Positions 41,124 through 50,509 of a stretch of 64,000 nucleotides of DNA are shown here, in pieces. The notes beneath the pieces are model-generated. The model made no database searches and was not told where the DNA came from. It saw only the letters and a program-made list of their open reading frames with translations. The position numbers and the translations under genes were made by a program. Source of the DNA: a virus (Duplodnaviria; Caudoviricetes); the IMG/VR virus record IMGVR_UViG_3300027804_000063, positions 1 to 64,000 of that record, one strand, 5' to 3'. Within the stretch, counting starts at the first letter, position 1; the number at the start of each line of letters is the position of its first letter.

Positions 41124-41355
41124 AACACCCCCTATACAAAACAAAAACAATACAAACAATCACAACACTTGCAACAACATTCTCAAAGTTCGTCACAAAC
41201 ACAAAATGCAACAACTGCAACAACCAATACACGGCGACCATCACAAACAACAAAGGCACAAGGACACGCATCACAAAACCCTTACAACATAAGGGTTATA
41301 CGACAACACACACTGCAACAAGATCATAAGCGGGGCTGTCAACCTTTTGAACACG

Positions 41356-41541
41356 TCAGATAGCAGGGGGCGGTGGTGCGACAATTTTTTTGGTCGGGTT
41401 TTGTTTTTTAGGTTTATCTGTCGTGGGGCTGTTTGGTTTTGGTTTGTAGATTTTTTCTAGTTGTTGGATTTCTTTTTGGAGTTGTTGGATTTCTTTTTCT
41501 AGTTGTTTGATTTGTTGGTCTAGGTTTTTTGGTGGTGTCAT
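41356..41541 (-). CDS. coiled-coil micro-protein (or overlap artefact)
   Basis: heptad KEIQQL repeats encoded by a 21-bp tandem repeat. Confidence 0.4.
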   Translation of the reverse strand: MTPPKNLDQQIKQLEKEIQQLQKEIQQLEKIYKPKPNSPTTDKPKKQNPTKKIVAPPPPAI

Positions 41542-41854
41542 TGGGTGTGCTTTCTGTTTGGTGGATCATGTTGATGCAGGTGAGGTAGCCGATGGTGTCT
41601 AGGAGTGTGTCGTAGTGGAGTTTTCCTTGGTCTAGGTTGGTTTTTAGTCGTGCGAGTTTGACGGAGACCATGAAGAGTAGTGCGTCGTTGAGGGTGAGTT
41701 GGTGTCCTGTGAGTGTTTTGTAGATGTTGATGACTTTGGTGTAGTCGTCTTTGGGGTGTCCGTAGGTGTTTTGTCTGTCTTGGTTGACGATTTTGTGGGC
41801 GTGTTGGAGGATTTCGGTTCCGGGGGTGGGTTGTTTTTTATTTGTGTTGGTCAT
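41414..41854 (-). CDS. DUF6378-like protein
   Basis: A..IVN.DRQ..YG.P...MV.VKLARL...H.D...D..GY. Confidence 0.75.
   Translation of the reverse strand: MTNTNKKQPTPGTEILQHAHKIVNQDRQNTYGHPKDDYTKVINIYKTLTGHQLTLNDALLFMVSVKLARLKTNLDQGKLHYDTLLDTIGYLTCINMIHQTESTPNDTTKKPRPTNQTTRKRNPTTPKRNPTTRKNLQTKTKQPHDR
41460..41510 (-). repeat. 21-bp tandem repeat
   Basis: AGTTGTTGGATTTCTTTTT repeated with period 21. Confidence 0.7.
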
Positions 41855-41861
41855 GGTTGTT

Positions 41862-42032
41862 TTAGTTTATCTGTGCTGGGTGTGTTGGGGTGTTTTTAAA
41901 AAATGGGCGCGGCTTTTGTGGGTTTTTTGTTTTGTGTATTGTGCAGTGTTTTTCTGTGGGGGCGGTTTGTCGTCGGCATGGTGTTCCGCTGTATGCGGTT
42001 TTTGCGGTGCATTTTCTGCGGTTTTGGTTCAT
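41862..42032 (-). CDS. small C3H Zn-ribbon protein
   Basis: CTAK...GTPC...HCTIH; ATGA overlap at 42029-42032. Confidence 0.5.
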   Translation of the reverse strand: MNQNRRKCTAKTAYSGTPCRRQTAPTEKHCTIHKTKNPQKPRPFFKNTPTHPAQIN

Positions 42033-42562
42033 AGGTGTGTGAGTTGTTGTTCGTTTAGGGTGAGTCTTGGTCCGTAACCGTAGTCGGTTTTTTGGGCGTT
42101 TGCGAAAAAGTTTTCGCGGGTTGTTCCGCCGATTATTTGGAATTGGGTGTTGGTGCCGATGTTTTCCCATTGGTTTTTGGGTTGGTTGCACCATACGACT
42201 AGGCATTGTTCGGTTTCGGGTTTCCATAAACCGTATTTGCAGTGTTGGGGGTCGTTGATGATCAGGTTTTTTTGGCTTGATGTTTTTATTTCGGTTGTTT
42301 TGCCGTTGATGGTGGTGTCAAAGCCGTGGTCTGCGCCTATATAGATTTCCCAGTCTATTTCGGTGTTGTAGTAGCGGGAGACGATGACTTCTCCTGCTTT
42401 GCCGAGCATGATGATGCCTTTTTCGGTTGCTCCTGCCGTGTATTTTCGGTCGGTTACTTGGTGTTCGTTTTTGTTTGCTTTACATAGGTTGGTGAATTGG
42501 CGTAGTTGTAGTACTTCTCGGGCGGTGAGGTGCATCAACGGATATTTAGTAGCAGTTTCCAT
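42029..42562 (-). CDS. PD-(D/E)xK nuclease-like protein
   Basis: GKAGE...GFD...TEIKT. Confidence 0.55.
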   Translation of the reverse strand: METATKYPLMHLTAREVLQLRQFTNLCKANKNEHQVTDRKYTAGATEKGIIMLGKAGEVIVSRYYNTEIDWEIYIGADHGFDTTINGKTTEIKTSSQKNLIINDPQHCKYGLWKPETEQCLVVWCNQPKNQWENIGTNTQFQIIGGTTRENFFANAQKTDYGYGPRLTLNEQQLTHL

Positions 42563-42588
42563 TGCGTTGTAGTTTATCTAGCGTGGGG

Positions 42589-42858
42589 CTATTTTGTTTT
42601 TGAGATGATCTGGTAACCCTCGTCGGTAACTGCCACCTGCCATTGGACTTCGCTGAATCGTTGACGCAACCCGTACACCTCTATGGTGATTTTGTTGAGT
42701 GGTTGGGTTTGTCCCACGAAATTTTTGTATACGACCCATTGGTTTGGGTTTTGTTTTACTTGTTCTACGAACAGTTGGACTCGTCCTCGTGTTTGTTTTC
42801 TTGTTACGAATGTGGGGTTTTCCACAAATTCAAGTTGGCTGAATGTTTCGGTAATCAT
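42589..42858 (-). CDS. hypothetical protein
   Basis: ATG 42858 after CAGGAG and a promoter. Confidence 0.6.
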   Translation of the reverse strand: MITETFSQLEFVENPTFVTRKQTRGRVQLFVEQVKQNPNQWVVYKNFVGQTQPLNKITIEVYGLRQRFSEVQWQVAVTDEGYQIISKTK

Positions 42859-42900
42859 TGTTATTTCTCCTGTATTTCTAGGTTTATTTATTGTGTGATT

Positions 42901-42929
42901 AGTGTAGCGGGTATTTAAACAAAAAGCAA
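42901..42929 (-). promoter_or_regulatory. sigma-A-type promoter
   Basis: TTGCTT-N17-TACACT. Confidence 0.65.
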
Positions 42930-42932
42930 CTT

Positions 42933-43649
42933 TTATTTGCCTTGTATTTGTGCTTCTTTCACATATTTTTCGTCTATATCGTATCCGATATATTTTCTGC
43001 CGAGTTTTTGGGCGGTTGTTGTGGTTGTTCCGATCCCGTTGAAGGGGTCTAGGACGATGTCGTTGGGTTGTGTGGTGAGAAGGATGCAGTTTTCTACGAG
43101 TTGTGTGGGGAATGGTGCGGGGTGGATTGTTTGCCGTTGTGGGGGGATGTCCCATATTTCGCCAAGATATTTGGGGTCTATGTTGTCACGGAATGTTTTT
43201 GGCTTGTCTTTGGATAGCCAGTAGATGTGTTCGGTGTTTGGAAGCAGATGGTCTTTGCGTATGTTGGGGCTGTTTTTGCGGTTCCAGATGATCAGTTGAT
43301 ATATGTGTGCGTTTGTTTTGTGTATGAATTCGGTGGGTAGCCGTGCTTGGTTGTTGTGTCGGCGTGGTTTGTGGTTGAAAAAGATTGATCCGTCGGGGGT
43401 GATGATTCGGTGTAGTTCGTTGATTATTTCTATTATCCAGTTTTGGTATTCGTTTTCTGGCATGTTGTCGTGGTATTCGTTGTAGTCAATATTGTGTTTC
43501 TGCCAGATTTGGTTGCTGTTTTGTGTTTTGCCGTTTTGGATACCTTTTTTGTTGTATGGCGGTGAGGTGATAATGGTGTTTATGCTGTTATCTGCAAGGT
43601 TTTTGAGTTCTTGTAGGGCGTCACCGCATTTTATGATGTTGGTCTCCAC
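42933..43649 (-). CDS. beta-class amino (m4C/m6A) DNA methyltransferase
   Basis: TSPPYN, HPAPFP, VLDPFNGIGT. Confidence 0.92.
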   Translation of the reverse strand: METNIIKCGDALQELKNLADNSINTIITSPPYNKKGIQNGKTQNSNQIWQKHNIDYNEYHDNMPENEYQNWIIEIINELHRIITPDGSIFFNHKPRRHNNQARLPTEFIHKTNAHIYQLIIWNRKNSPNIRKDHLLPNTEHIYWLSKDKPKTFRDNIDPKYLGEIWDIPPQRQTIHPAPFPTQLVENCILLTTQPNDIVLDPFNGIGTTTTTAQKLGRKYIGYDIDEKYVKEAQIQGK

Positions 43650-43676
43650 GCGGTTTAGTTTATCCAGCGTGGGACG

Positions 43677-44195
43677 TTAGAACGGTTCTCTGTTGACCGA
43701 TTTAGCGTTTCTGGTTGTTTTCTGTATGCGCCAAATTGTGTTGCTAAAAAGCGTTTCGGCTTGATCAGCGTTTTGTCCTGATAAGAGCATAATGTGGTGT
43801 TCTGATGTTTCTGGAAGTGTGTCAAACGGGTACCCCTGTAACGCACCTTCCGCATATTGGCAGTTGGATATTTCCATAAGGAACCGCCAGTCTTTTTCTT
43901 CTTGTGGGGTGTGGAGCGAGTTGAAATCTATGTAGAGACCTTTGAATGATTGAAGCGCTATTTGTGATGCTGTGTTGAATGCGATTCCGCCTGTACCAAT
44001 ACAGATGATTGTGTCGCATTGGTTTTGGAGTGCCGTAATGTCGGGGAGTTCTATGATCCCTGCTTGTTTTGCAAGTTGAACGGTTTCTGTTTTTCGGCTT
44101 TGGCTAGCGAAATAGGTTTTGTGTCCGTTCATGTGAAGGGTGAGCGCAAGTGTGCGACCCATTTTGCCGGGTGAGATTATTCCTATGTGGTTCAT
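43677..44195 (-). CDS. 6-phosphogluconate/3-hydroxyisobutyrate-dehydrogenase-type NAD-binding domain protein
   Basis: IGIISPGKMG Rossmann motif, YIDFNS; appears to lack the C-terminal domain. Confidence 0.7.
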   Translation of the reverse strand: MNHIGIISPGKMGRTLALTLHMNGHKTYFASQSRKTETVQLAKQAGIIELPDITALQNQCDTIICIGTGGIAFNTASQIALQSFKGLYIDFNSLHTPQEEKDWRFLMEISNCQYAEGALQGYPFDTLPETSEHHIMLLSGQNADQAETLFSNTIWRIQKTTRNAKSVNREPF

Positions 44196-44488
44196 CGCCA
44201 AGGTGTTGTGTCGTCTCGTGTTTTTTGTAGCGCTCCGCTTATCGCAAGGTTTTTGCCGAATGTGTTGATGGCGTGTATTACGCCAAGAGGTTCAGGAAAC
44301 CCCAATTTTTTTGTCACAACATCTAAGGTTTTTTGTTCTATTTCTTTCCAAGCGTTGAGTACGGCTTGTGCTCCTGTTGTGTGTTCGTTGTAGTAGTTGT
44401 TGGCGATGATGTCTATGCCTTGTATTTCCCATAGTTCAGGGTCGTGTTTTGTTGCCATTTGTACTCGGGTTATTTTTTCCGTATTCAT
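44192..44488 (-). CDS. hypothetical protein
   Basis: ATGA overlaps both ends. Confidence 0.6.
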   Translation of the reverse strand: MNTEKITRVQMATKHDPELWEIQGIDIIANNYYNEHTTGAQAVLNAWKEIEQKTLDVVTKKLGFPEPLGVIHAINTFGKNLAISGALQKTRDDTTPWR

Positions 44489-45237
44489 CGCGTGTTGCTG
44501 ACTCCTCCGTCAACGATGAGGGTTGATCCTAGGACATAATCTCCAGCCTGAGACGCTAGGTACACGACAGCACCAACGATGTCTTCGGGTGTTCCCGTTC
44601 TCCCAACAGGGATATATTTTGCTGTTTCATATGGGTAGTCGCGCGCGTATTGGTTCATGTTTGACGGGAATGCGCCGGGGCAGATTGCGTTTACGGATAT
44701 TCCATCTTTGATGAGTTCTATTGACATTTGGCGGGTGAGATGCAGTAATCCTGCTTTGCTTGCGTGATATCCGTAAGAATGGTCTTGATCTAAAGTAAGC
44801 CCGTTGATGGATGAAATGTTGATTACTTTTGCTAAACGATTATTTTGCTTGTATGACTTTGTCAACATTTTATAAAATCGTTGTGTAAGAAATAGTGGCG
44901 TTTTCATATTTATGTCTACTGCTGTTTCCCAATTTTCTTCCGCATATTCAGTAAAACTTTTTGCGCCTGCGCTACGACCAGCGTTATTTACGAGGATATC
45001 TATGTGGGTTTCTTTTTCTTCTATTTGTGAAACAGCCCGATCTATCCCGTCAAGGGTTGAGAGATCTTCTTTTATGTAGGTCACACTTGTTCGCTCTTGC
45101 AGAGGGTCATGAACGGAAATGTTGTAGACACGAGTGCACCCGAATTTGACTAGTCCCCTCGTAATCATTTCGCCAATTCCGCTTGAACCCCCTGTTACGA
45201 CGGCTACGCGACCTTCAAGAGAAAATAGATTTTTCAT
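44485..45237 (-). CDS. classical SDR oxidoreductase
   Basis: TGGSSGIG, NNAG, ISS, YHASK. Confidence 0.92.
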   Translation of the reverse strand: MKNLFSLEGRVAVVTGGSSGIGEMITRGLVKFGCTRVYNISVHDPLQERTSVTYIKEDLSTLDGIDRAVSQIEEKETHIDILVNNAGRSAGAKSFTEYAEENWETAVDINMKTPLFLTQRFYKMLTKSYKQNNRLAKVINISSINGLTLDQDHSYGYHASKAGLLHLTRQMSIELIKDGISVNAICPGAFPSNMNQYARDYPYETAKYIPVGRTGTPEDIVGAVVYLASQAGDYVLGSTLIVDGGVSNTR

Positions 45238-46028
45238 CCTCTGATCTCTGAAACACCACCATCTAGAACGATGTGTGTGCCCACACAGTAATCACCTGCT
45301 CGTGACGCAAGATAGGTGATTGCCGCGACGATGTCGTCTTTATGTCCAAGTCGTTTTGCGGGGATTCGTTGTGTAACTTGCAGACGGTTTGCGGGGTTGA
45401 CTTCGTTTGGGGTGGTGTTAAACAATCCAACGGTTATAGATGAGGCAACTATTTTGTGGCGGATGTATTGTACGGCGAATGATTTTGTTGCGTGATTTAT
45501 TCCCGCGTTGCTTGAACTGAAGGCGAAGTTGGATATTTGTGGAGGATTGATTCCGTCAACGGTAGAGATGTTGATTATTTTTCCGTAAAGTTGTTCAGTT
45601 GAAATGCTTGTTCCTTCATCTGGGTTAGTTGATGCTTTCAGTAGCGGAAGGAATTTTTCGGTGAGTTTGATTGGGGCTTCCAAGTTGTATTTGATTACCT
45701 GATCCCAATCTTCGGCGTTGTAGAGCGATGAGTTGACAAGAATATTAATGAATGGTTCAAGGGTGCTGATTTCGCAGAATAGTTTTTCTCGTCCTTCTTC
45801 TGTGGTTATGTCGCACTCTATGTGGATAATGTTTTTGTAAATATCGTTCAGTTTGGCTTGTTCTTCTTCGTCTATGACTGTCCGAGGGGTGAACGCTTCT
45901 TTATCGGCAACATATACGCGAGCAACACCTTGCTCTACTAAGCCCTCAGCGATCATCCATCCGTAACCAGTAAATCCACCAGTCAGCAGGGCTATACGGT
46001 TATCTAATGAAAATAGCGTGCTCATCAT
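45234..46028 (-). CDS. degenerate SDR paralogue (probable pseudo-enzyme)
   Basis: TGGFTGYG; YxxxK replaced by FSSSN; NNAG replaced by NSSL. Confidence 0.75.
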   Translation of the reverse strand: MMSTLFSLDNRIALLTGGFTGYGWMIAEGLVEQGVARVYVADKEAFTPRTVIDEEEQAKLNDIYKNIIHIECDITTEEGREKLFCEISTLEPFINILVNSSLYNAEDWDQVIKYNLEAPIKLTEKFLPLLKASTNPDEGTSISTEQLYGKIINISTVDGINPPQISNFAFSSSNAGINHATKSFAVQYIRHKIVASSITVGLFNTTPNEVNPANRLQVTQRIPAKRLGHKDDIVAAITYLASRAGDYCVGTHIVLDGGVSEIRG

Positions 46029-46033
46029 TTCTC

Positions 46034-46447
46034 CTATTTGGTTTGTATCTGAAATCCTAATACTTTTTGCTCACCCCTCCAGCGAGACAGACCGTTGTTG
46101 TATGCGCTTTGTTTTCTGATCTTTTCTTCACGCATACGCTGACTTCTGCCAAGAACCATCAAAGCGTGGCTCCCGTTCAGCGTTATTTTGTAAAGATATT
46201 TGGCAAAACCGTATGTGTTTGTTATCTGCGGGTTGGGGTGTGCGACCTTTTCTAGGTACCCAATTTTTGTCAGGAATAAGAGATTGGCGTCTAGCCTTTT
46301 GCGCGAAACATTACCTAGAACAAAGTTTCGGTAATCAACCGAAGTGAAGGCTTGGTCTTTTCTGAAACGGGCATAACACAAAATTTTGTAAGCACCTGAT
46401 CCGTAGCGAAGGTATTTTGTTGGGCTGTTTAAGGGTGTACTTTCCAT
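46034..46447 (-). CDS. winged-helix-like hypothetical protein
   Basis: LLFLTKIGYLEK...YKITLNG. Confidence 0.5.
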   Translation of the reverse strand: MESTPLNSPTKYLRYGSGAYKILCYARFRKDQAFTSVDYRNFVLGNVSRKRLDANLLFLTKIGYLEKVAHPNPQITNTYGFAKYLYKITLNGSHALMVLGRSQRMREEKIRKQSAYNNGLSRWRGEQKVLGFQIQTK

Positions 46448-46479
46448 GCCGTAAAGATATCGGGTGGTAGCCTATTTTC

Positions 46480-47409
46480 ATGGAGTTTTCTTTGGAGTCA
46501 CACGAAATTTTGCCTTATGTTCGTGTGTACACAGGCGCATTTCCTGATATTGAAGAAATGCTATCGGTGTTATTTGAACACGAAAAAACAACAACTGAAG
46601 ACCCCGAAGCACCACACCTATTTGAGCCTTACAGACCTTGGTATACCTTCGGTCGGGTTACTGATGTTTTAAGAACTCCAGACGACTCTTCCCACGAATA
46701 TATTCGTAAACAAACATATTTTTTTGATCGGGTGATGGATGTAAGAAAAGCAGTTATCGCAGATTATTGCGATAAATATAAGGTTTTTGATTTTATAAAT
46801 ACGGAGACTTGGATCCAATCGTCTGTGAATTTAGCAGAATACTTTGATGGCGCGTCAGTTTTAAGTCCGCAAATAGACGGTTTAAATATTTCATTAAAAC
46901 CAAAAGCAATGAATTACCATACGGATTTTGAAATAAAAAAAATGTGTGAAGATTCAGATAATTTTGTTCTTACTTGCAACATTTACTGGAATGACGACTA
47001 TGACAGCGGAGAGGTAGTTTTTTTTAATTCAGATCAATTGCTTCCATATAAACCCAAACGAGGCGAAGTGCTTATTTTCCCGTCTGGATCCCCCTTCTTC
47101 CCCGAAGACGGACAAGCGTTTTATCATTGCGCAAATACTGTATTCAAGGGGAAAAAGTATTTTTCAAGAAATTATTTGCAATACAAGCATGTGCCGACTG
47201 AGGAAATGCGTGAAGCACGAGGAGATTATCCTAGTGGTGATCGCGTGAAGGGGGATCACCACTATGACTCCCTATTTAATCAAATGATTGATATAAGCAC
47301 CGGCGGTGAAAAAAAATTTCTTGTTCACCCAATTGCAAAAAGGTTTTATAAAAAACTTGGTGAATCTATTTGTGTGAACGATTTCAGCAAAAACGATTTT
47401 TTTCAGTAG
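46480..47409 (+). CDS. 2OG-Fe(II) oxygenase
   Basis: YHTD, YWNDDYDSGEV, YHCA...GKKY. Confidence 0.85.
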   Translation: MEFSLESHEILPYVRVYTGAFPDIEEMLSVLFEHEKTTTEDPEAPHLFEPYRPWYTFGRVTDVLRTPDDSSHEYIRKQTYFFDRVMDVRKAVIADYCDKYKVFDFINTETWIQSSVNLAEYFDGASVLSPQIDGLNISLKPKAMNYHTDFEIKKMCEDSDNFVLTCNIYWNDDYDSGEVVFFNSDQLLPYKPKRGEVLIFPSGSPFFPEDGQAFYHCANTVFKGKKYFSRNYLQYKHVPTEEMREARGDYPSGDRVKGDHHYDSLFNQMIDISTGGEKKFLVHPIAKRFYKKLGESICVNDFSKNDFFQ

Positions 47410-48179
47410 TTGGCATGTGCGTCAACAAAATTAAGTACGCGTTCCGCTGTCGTATCACCATCTGTGCCGGGATCTGTTTTTAGCCAACGAATAAAGTCAT
47501 ACCATTTACGCTGTTGATCAGGGCTATCAAACACGAGCGTGTATTGCACAATTGTTTTTGACCCGTTGGCAACCACCGAAGGTGCTCCCTGTGTGACTGC
47601 TTGTTGCGTGTCTGTTCCTTGTGGGGCACTTAAAACGGTTTCACCGTTTTCAAGTTGAACACTTACTGCTTGCGGTGCTGTCTTTATCGGATCAGCGGTT
47701 AACGGCGTTATGGGCTGTATTACTGGTGGTTCGTATGGTGTGTCGTCTTCCTGATAGTAGTCGCCTTCCATAGCGGCTAAATCAAATTCGTCCCATCCAA
47801 GTGCGTCTATGAGCGTGTCGTATTGTTCGCCGACCTCTCCTAGTAGTTCAAAAATTAGGTTGCTGTCAGTTGTTCCGAGTTCATTGGTTCGGTTATCTGC
47901 TAGGGCATAGGCGATCGCGCTTTCAAGATCGCCTTCAAATTTTACGCAAGCAATTTTTTCCCAACCAAGTTTTTTCGCGGCTTCGTATTGGTGGTTCCCT
48001 GCGATTATGGTTGATGTTCCGTCGCCGTTATCTTTGATAACAATCGGTTTTACTTGCCCGAATTCTTTGTAGGAAGCGACGATTGCGTCTATGTTGCCCT
48101 TGCGTGGGTTGTTTTCTAGGTGGACAAGTTCTGTAAGTGGAACAGCCAAATGTTCAATGTTTTTATGAATATTAGACAT
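47403..48179 (-). CDS. ParB/Srx N-terminal domain protein
   Basis: NPRK...FGQVKPIV...IIAGNH...ADNRT. Confidence 0.85.
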   Translation of the reverse strand: MSNIHKNIEHLAVPLTELVHLENNPRKGNIDAIVASYKEFGQVKPIVIKDNGDGTSTIIAGNHQYEAAKKLGWEKIACVKFEGDLESAIAYALADNRTNELGTTDSNLIFELLGEVGEQYDTLIDALGWDEFDLAAMEGDYYQEDDTPYEPPVIQPITPLTADPIKTAPQAVSVQLENGETVLSAPQGTDTQQAVTQGAPSVVANGSKTIVQYTLVFDSPDQQRKWYDFIRWLKTDPGTDGDTTAERVLNFVDAHANY

Positions 48180-48524
48180 CTACGGTCCTGTCTGTATACG
48201 AACATTGGCGTTCAATGTTCTGAGTGCGTCCAATGATGTTCGCACGGTCAATAGTTTTTCTCGTTTGGATTTAACTAACGCCTCGCTGATCTTATATGAG
48301 TATGCTTCGTCGGAAAGTTTGTAGTCCGCCCACGCTTCACGCTCCTTGATGGATCCCTTGGCGGCTAGGTACTCTTTAGCCCAATTACTTTTCATTAGGG
48401 CATCTTTTTTGGCTGCGTCAACCGAAAGGACTTCAAATGCCTCGGTTTCTTCTTCAAGCATTCCCAATAAACGCATAATTTCAGATTCAATTTCAACTTG
48501 AGATATCGGTTGCGACCTAGCCAT
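48180..48524 (-). CDS. helical protein, UvsY-like
   Basis: all-helical; SLDALRTLNANVR; next to RuvC-like gene; UvsY similarity is tentative. Confidence 0.45.
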   Translation of the reverse strand: MARSQPISQVEIESEIMRLLGMLEEETEAFEVLSVDAAKKDALMKSNWAKEYLAAKGSIKEREAWADYKLSDEAYSYKISEALVKSKREKLLTVRTSLDALRTLNANVRIQTGP

Positions 48525-49044
48525 TTTGTTCCTTTTCTAATTCTGAGAAATCACATTTTTTGAGAGCCAACATTTGATCGTGTGTCCAAGTATAGGTTGA
48601 TAATCCCAAATATGTGAGCGTCATTTGTTCAAGGATCCACGCATCGCACCTGTCGTTGCCGTCGGCACTAGTAAAAGTTATTCCCGTTTTGGTGGTTATG
48701 GCGTTTATGACATCTGTTTTACCAGAGTTCCCTTTACCTGTGGCGAATTTTGCTCTACAGGTTGGCGGGATAATTACTATTTTTAGCCCAAGTTCTCTCA
48801 TGGCGACTTTTACGATTCCGCCAAGTTCTCCGATGGAGTGGGCTTGAGAGTATTGGGAAGCATACGAATATCCTTCTATGGCGACGATTTCTATCTGCTT
48901 TGTTTTGGCTATGGCGACTATTAAATCGCGTATTTCAATGAGGCGGGCTATGCTTTTTTGCTTGGATCGGATACTCGTCGTATCCCCGTCCACACTCACG
49001 CCAGTGCTTGTGAGCGAAAGATCCAAACCCATTATTTTCGCCAT
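48517..49044 (-). CDS. ruvC: RuvC-like Holliday junction resolvase
   Basis: GLDLS, AIEG, KFATGKG, DRCDA. Confidence 0.85.
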   Translation of the reverse strand: MAKIMGLDLSLTSTGVSVDGDTTSIRSKQKSIARLIEIRDLIVAIAKTKQIEIVAIEGYSYASQYSQAHSIGELGGIVKVAMRELGLKIVIIPPTCRAKFATGKGNSGKTDVINAITTKTGITFTSADGNDRCDAWILEQMTLTYLGLSTYTWTHDQMLALKKCDFSELEKEQNG

Positions 49045-49067
49045 TCCGTTGAGGTTACTATATTTTT

Positions 49068-50021
49068 ATGTCTCGTATTTTTATTGCTATCCCATCCTTT
49101 CAGGAAGAAGATTTACAAAATACAGTTGACAGCATTTTTTTGAATGCTTCAGATCCAAGCCGAATATTTGTTGGTATTTGCAATCAAAGAACGGATGGGC
49201 GCATGTTTGAAACATTTCAACGCTATGGCGATCATGTTCGTTCCGTAAACGTAAGTTCCCCACACCCGCTAGGTCTCGGTTTTGCGTACTATTCGGCATC
49301 ACGATTGCTTTCGGATGAAGAATTCGTTTTACGCATAGATGCCCATACAAGAATGAAACCTAATTGGGATGAAACATTGATCGCTCACTACGAACTAATT
49401 GCGTCAAGCGAAAACACGAAAAATATTATCATTAGTCAATTAACAGGCGGATTTTTAAAAACTAATCCAAATAAAGAAGACTTTTTAAAATCAGACAAAG
49501 AAGACATATGGCTTCACGAAAAAGAACCGCCTAATACAAATGAGTGGGTCAACGAACTTGTGCGCCAATTTAAAAAACACGTTTTAGGCTCCAACCATCA
49601 ATTTGCCGATAACTACTCGTGGACAGAAATTGATTTAGAAAAAGGTTATAAAGAAGTTCCCGTTATTTCTGGCTCATTTCATTTTAGTATTAACAAATTT
49701 TGGTTTGATTGTAGCCCTGACCCAAGAATAGAATTTTGGGGGGAGGAGCAGATCCTCGCCTTACGCGCATGGACGCGAGGGTATAAAATATTTTCCTTGA
49801 ATACAAACACCCAGTTCACTAGCGGGAAACCCGATGATTACCTGAAAACAATAGGGGGCTCAGATTGGAGAAACAGTCAAACAACTTTTAGCAATACCAC
49901 AGCCATCAGTATTCTTGGCGGTTGCGAAATTGGCTATTACGGAGCAAAAAACATAAACCTATACACAGAATTCATTAAAAAGTTAGGTCTTGAAGGGATT
50001 GAGAACAGTGTCGGTCAATAA
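49068..50021 (+). CDS. GT60/GT2-like glycosyltransferase (Skp1 GlcNAc-transferase-like)
   Basis: IFIAIPSF, RIFVGI, LRIDAH, WGEE..LALRAWTRGY. Confidence 0.75.
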   Translation: MSRIFIAIPSFQEEDLQNTVDSIFLNASDPSRIFVGICNQRTDGRMFETFQRYGDHVRSVNVSSPHPLGLGFAYYSASRLLSDEEFVLRIDAHTRMKPNWDETLIAHYELIASSENTKNIIISQLTGGFLKTNPNKEDFLKSDKEDIWLHEKEPPNTNEWVNELVRQFKKHVLGSNHQFADNYSWTEIDLEKGYKEVPVISGSFHFSINKFWFDCSPDPRIEFWGEEQILALRAWTRGYKIFSLNTNTQFTSGKPDDYLKTIGGSDWRNSQTTFSNTTAISILGGCEIGYYGAKNINLYTEFIKKLGLEGIENSVGQ

Positions 50022-50445
50022 AAAATCTGCACCGCAAAAAACAGTTCTTTCCATTGAAAGACAAGGGGCGTGGGGGGATGTTTCGTATTACCATAGGCTT
50101 GAGTGTGGACACATTGAGGTAAGAAAACGGGCTTCTCCAAAACCAAAGATTGCATGTGCTTGGTGTGTGGTCGGCGAAGAAAAAGGCAAAGAACTTAAAG
50201 CGCTGACACTAATACAGCCCCCGACCGTTGAAGAGGTATGGGATTTCTATGACGATTTCAGCAACGAAGAAGTTGATGTTGCCCAATTACGAGCAGGTGT
50301 TGCCAGCGCAATTGGTTGTCCACAGGACAGTATTGAAGTGATATCCGAGGTCGGTGAAGACAATGTGTTGCGTGTCAACTATGTGAGAATTTTCTTGGAT
50401 ATTGAGTTGGCGAAAAAAATCGGTAAATACTCAAAGAATATTTGA
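49990..50445 (+). CDS. hypothetical protein
   Basis: LECGH...CAWC; start uncertain. Confidence 0.6.
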   Translation: MKGLRTVSVNKKSAPQKTVLSIERQGAWGDVSYYHRLECGHIEVRKRASPKPKIACAWCVVGEEKGKELKALTLIQPPTVEEVWDFYDDFSNEEVDVAQLRAGVASAIGCPQDSIEVISEVGEDNVLRVNYVRIFLDIELAKKIGKYSKNI

Positions 50446-50509
50446 AATTTCAATATTCTGGTTGTAGCGTAAGGCAGACATCGGACGACCAAAATAGATC
50501 GGGGGAATT

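Noticed and set aside
41699-43680. Numerous V/G/F/C-rich + strand ORFs and extended starts (41862-42227, 42589-43155)
   Set aside because: Shadows of minus-strand genes in the skewed zone, with no RBS or motifs.
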